The translations under genes were made by a program, and so were the position numbers. A stretch of DNA of 33,682 nt from Candidatus Heimdallarchaeota archaeon (GTDB lineage Archaea > Asgardarchaeota > Heimdallarchaeia > Heimdallarchaeales > Heimdallarchaeaceae), in assembly GCA_019057375.1 (NCBI GenBank), contig DXJF01000015.1, positions 1 to 33,682 of the forward strand, given 5' to 3'. Within the stretch, counting starts at the first letter, position 1. Each line of letters opens with the position of its first letter. Shown in pieces: positions 31,237-33,682 of the stretch. A model generated the notes under the pieces. It saw only the letters and a program-made list of their open reading frames with translations. It had not been told where the DNA came from and ran no database searches.

Positions 31237-32255
31237 ATGCAGAAGAAAAACGTAATCGCTTTGGTAATGATTACAATAGGGGTTGCTTTGATTACTACTG
31301 CACTTGTAATCGTTTATATCTATTATCCTCCAAATAGAGCTAACTTTGTTGATGACAACATAACTGATTTTTTTATGATATAAGTAGCAAAACAGGGGAT
31401 ACGATATTCTACATAGTAACTTATCTAGGAGAATCGTTAGTTTATATTGGTGCTCTTCTACTTCTATATTATCTCTGGGATAAAAAAATGGCATACAGAA
31501 CAATGGCACTTTTATTGACTTCTGTCACTGTAAGTGTGACAACAAAGGCTAGCTTCAGACTTGAAAGACCTAGCAAAACTTTATGGTATGAAAAAATAGA
31601 TGAAAAGTCATTGGGATTTCCAAGTGGTCATGCACAATTAAGCACGACTTTTTGGGGGCCACTTGGGATTTTCATTAAAAGAGCAATGATAGTTGTATCA
31701 ATAATTTTACCACTCTTGATAGGGTTCTCCAGAATTTTTTTAAGAGTTCATTGGTTTACTGATGTCATTTTGGGTTTTGGGATTGGATTACTTATTCTTG
31801 CAATATATATGCTGATTAAAGATTCACTTGAGAAATTCATTGATGAAAGATCAATTACTGTAAAGATTCTTATTTGTTTGTTAGTACTTGTTCTTTTTGC
31901 TGTTCCTATCATATTCTTAAATTACGGCAGAGTTCCTAATGATCTAGAATTAATATCCGATAGTTTAAAACTAATGATCCTATTTACAACAGTTTCTATC
32001 TCCTATTCTATTGAAGGAAAACTTATTGGTTTTCACAATAATATTGACAAATGGTGGAAATATCTGGTTAGAATACTAATTGGAGCAGCTTTCTTCGCAG
32101 CTTTCTACTTTGGTTTATCATTCTTGTTTGATTTAATAATTGATGCTGTATCATGGTTCTGGATTGAGTTAACATTAGATTTGATAAGATATGGTGTTCT
32201 TGGACCTGTAATAATTTTGCTCGCTCCTTGGGTAATGATGAAATTAGACGTTTAA
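31237..32255 (+). pseudogene. PAP2-family membrane phosphatase interrupted by a -1 frameshift at a T7 run (pseudogene, recoded gene or sequencing error)
   Basis: The ATG at 31237 encodes a TM helix and stops at 31381-31383. Adding one T at 31368-31374 gives FFYDISSKTGDTIFYIVTYLGE..., in frame with the 31488 ORF carrying RLERP, FPSGH and SRIFLRVHW..DV. Confidence 0.85.
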
Positions 32256-32274
32256 GTTACAATTGGAGGGATTA

Positions 32275-32284
32275 TTTTTTTTTT
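32275..32284 (+). terminator. Oligo-T terminator after the PAP2 gene
   Basis: T10 run 20 nt after the stop. Confidence 0.45.
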
Positions 32285-32327
32285 CAAATAAGTAATTCTA
32301 ATTCAATCTGTCTTTCAACATTAGATT

Positions 32328-32335
32328 TTTAAATA
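32328..32335 (+). promoter_or_regulatory. TATA box for rps7-rpl10e
   Basis: TTTAAATA about 38 nt upstream of the rps7 ATG, with an AGAGGA RBS. Confidence 0.5.
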
Positions 32336-32372
32336 TAGCTGGTTTTGCTAAATTAGTTGAAGAGGATTCAAA

Positions 32373-32942
32373 ATGAGTGACGAAATCAAGCTCTTCGGTA
32401 AATGGGATCTAAGTGAAGTAGAGGTATCTGACGTAGGGCTAAAAAGATATATTTCTCTTAAACCAGTATATTTTCCTCATTCTGGTGGAAGATACCAAGT
32501 TCAACGTTTCAAGAAAGCAGAAATGAATATCGTTGAAAGATTCATCAACAAATTAATGAAAAAGGGAAAGAATGCCGGAAAGAAGCAAAGAGCAATAAAC
32601 ATTGTTAGAGTTGCATTTGAGATTATAGGCGAAAGAACTGGAAAGAATCCTGTCCAAGTTCTTGTAGATGCAATTTGTAATGTGGCACCAAGAGAAGAAA
32701 CAACTCGTTTAACTTATGGTGGAGTAGCACAACATATAGCAGTTGATGTATCACCACTGAGAAGGGTTGACTTATCATTACGATTCATGGCTAATGCGAT
32801 AAAGCAAAAGAGCTTTAATAACATTAAAAGTGTTGAAGAAGTTGTTGCTGAGGAACTAGTAGTTGCAGCAACTGGCGATCAGGCTAGCGCAGCAGTTAAG
32901 AAGAAACAAGAGATAGAGAGAATTGCTCTATCAGCTAGATAA
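32373..32942 (+). CDS. rps7: 30S ribosomal protein uS7
   Basis: KLFGKWD, FPHSGGRY...FKKA..NIVER, NP.QVLVDAI.N.APREETTR and AVDVSPLRRVD. Confidence 0.97.
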   Translation: MSDEIKLFGKWDLSEVEVSDVGLKRYISLKPVYFPHSGGRYQVQRFKKAEMNIVERFINKLMKKGKNAGKKQRAINIVRVAFEIIGERTGKNPVQVLVDAICNVAPREETTRLTYGGVAQHIAVDVSPLRRVDLSLRFMANAIKQKSFNNIKSVEEVVAEELVVAATGDQASAAVKKKQEIERIALSAR

Positions 32943-32958
32943 GGTAAGGTTGAAAAAA

Positions 32959-33633
32959 ATGGGTAAAAGACCAGCGAGATGTTATACAAAAGTAACAGGA
33001 CCAGCAAATACAAGAGTCGGAAAGTATGTTAGAGGAGTACCTGACTCAAGAATCAGGGCATATGATTCTGGAAACAGAAAAGGGGATTTTCCTTTACATG
33101 TTCATCTTGTTTCAAAGGATAGATGTCAGATTAGACATACTGCTCTAGAAGCTACAAGAATCGCAGTTAATAGGCACCTTCAAAGACACTTAGGAGTTGA
33201 AAACTATCACATGACAATTAGAATACATCCACATCACATTCTAAGAGAAAATAAAATGATGGCAGTAGCAGGTGCTGATAGAATTCAAGATGGAATGAGA
33301 AGATCTTTTGGAAAACCAACAGATAGAGCTGCAAGAGTAAAAGAGGGACAAGAACTAGTTACTGTTAGAACTTCTGTTGAAAACTACTATATAACTCTCG
33401 ATGCATTAAAAAGAGGAGCAGATCGATTTCCAACTCCATGCAAATACAAGATAGGCAAAGGCGAAGAACTCGTAAAAGAAATGCAGAAAACTGGTAAACA
33501 ATTCTTAAAAATAGTGCAAAAGAGTAAAAAACTGGTAGATGAAGCGCAAGAGGGCGAAGAACAGGTAGATGAAGCGCAAGTAGGCGAAGAACAGGTAGAT
33601 GAAGCGCAAGTAGCGGACGAAGAACAAAATTAG
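32959..33633 (+). CDS. rpl10e: 50S ribosomal protein uL16 (L10e) with extended acidic repeat tail
   Basis: RPARCY, GVPDSRI, QIRH.ALEA.RI, HP.HILRENKM...GADRIQDGMR.SFGKP. The ATG at 32959 is preferred over 32923. Confidence 0.96.
   Translation: MGKRPARCYTKVTGPANTRVGKYVRGVPDSRIRAYDSGNRKGDFPLHVHLVSKDRCQIRHTALEATRIAVNRHLQRHLGVENYHMTIRIHPHHILRENKMMAVAGADRIQDGMRRSFGKPTDRAARVKEGQELVTVRTSVENYYITLDALKRGADRFPTPCKYKIGKGEELVKEMQKTGKQFLKIVQKSKKLVDEAQEGEEQVDEAQVGEEQVDEAQVADEEQN
33535..33627 (+). repeat. 30-bp tandem repeat, about 3 copies, inside rpl10e
   Basis: Unit GTAGATGAAGCGCAAG(AG/TA)GGCGAAGAACAG. Copies 1 and 2 match at 28/30 nt; copy 3 has a 3-nt insertion. Encodes VDEAQ(E/V)GEEQ. Confidence 0.92.
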
Positions 33634-33637
33634 TAAC

Positions 33638-33668
33638 CCTTTACTATTTTTATTTCATTTATTTTAGT
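33638..33668 (+). terminator. T-rich terminator after rpl10e
   Basis: CCCTTTACTATTTTTATTTCATTTATTTTAG-type pyrimidine tract directly after the stop. Confidence 0.4.
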
Positions 33669-33682
33669 CTTAAAATTACGAA

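Noticed and set aside
33535-33627. 30-bp direct repeats as a possible CRISPR array
   Set aside because: The units are contiguous with no spacers, are in frame within rpl10e, and no cas genes are present.

Overview
AT-rich archaeal chromosomal window, most likely from an Asgard lineage (inference from an undivided RpoB, split RpoA'/A'', eL30, archaeal NusA, Nob1, L10e-type uL16, and PAC4-like and ZSWIM7-like proteins). It is mostly housekeeping genes. The canonical archaeal rpoB-rpoA1-rpoA2-rpl30e-nusA-rps12-rps7 operon is broken into four blocks in mixed orientation, interleaved with folD, glyA, a UbiD-family gene, tRNA-Leu(CAG), an NSUN6-like methyltransferase, nadK, nob1, surE and ppdK. The strongest candidate for an undescribed system is a five-gene minus-strand operon at 25215-30976: two NAD-type SDRs, a strongly divergent GcvPA/GcvPB pair whose glycine-pocket motifs are rewritten, and a COG3199/AcoX-like kinase, with no gcvT/H/L in the window. 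It may be a lipoyl/PLP cleavage pathway for a substrate other than glycine. Other points of interest: a ribbon-helix-helix/nucleotidyltransferase fusion divergent from a degenerate HisC-like gene that appears to start at CTG; a degenerate Hef-like helicase; an orphan Panacea/YwgA-like protein; a FolD lacking the cyclohydrolase lysine; a PAP2 gene frameshifted at a T7 run; a tRNA-Leu with A37; and a 30-bp tandem repeat adding an acidic tail to uL16. All family calls come from motif recognition by eye; no database searches were run.
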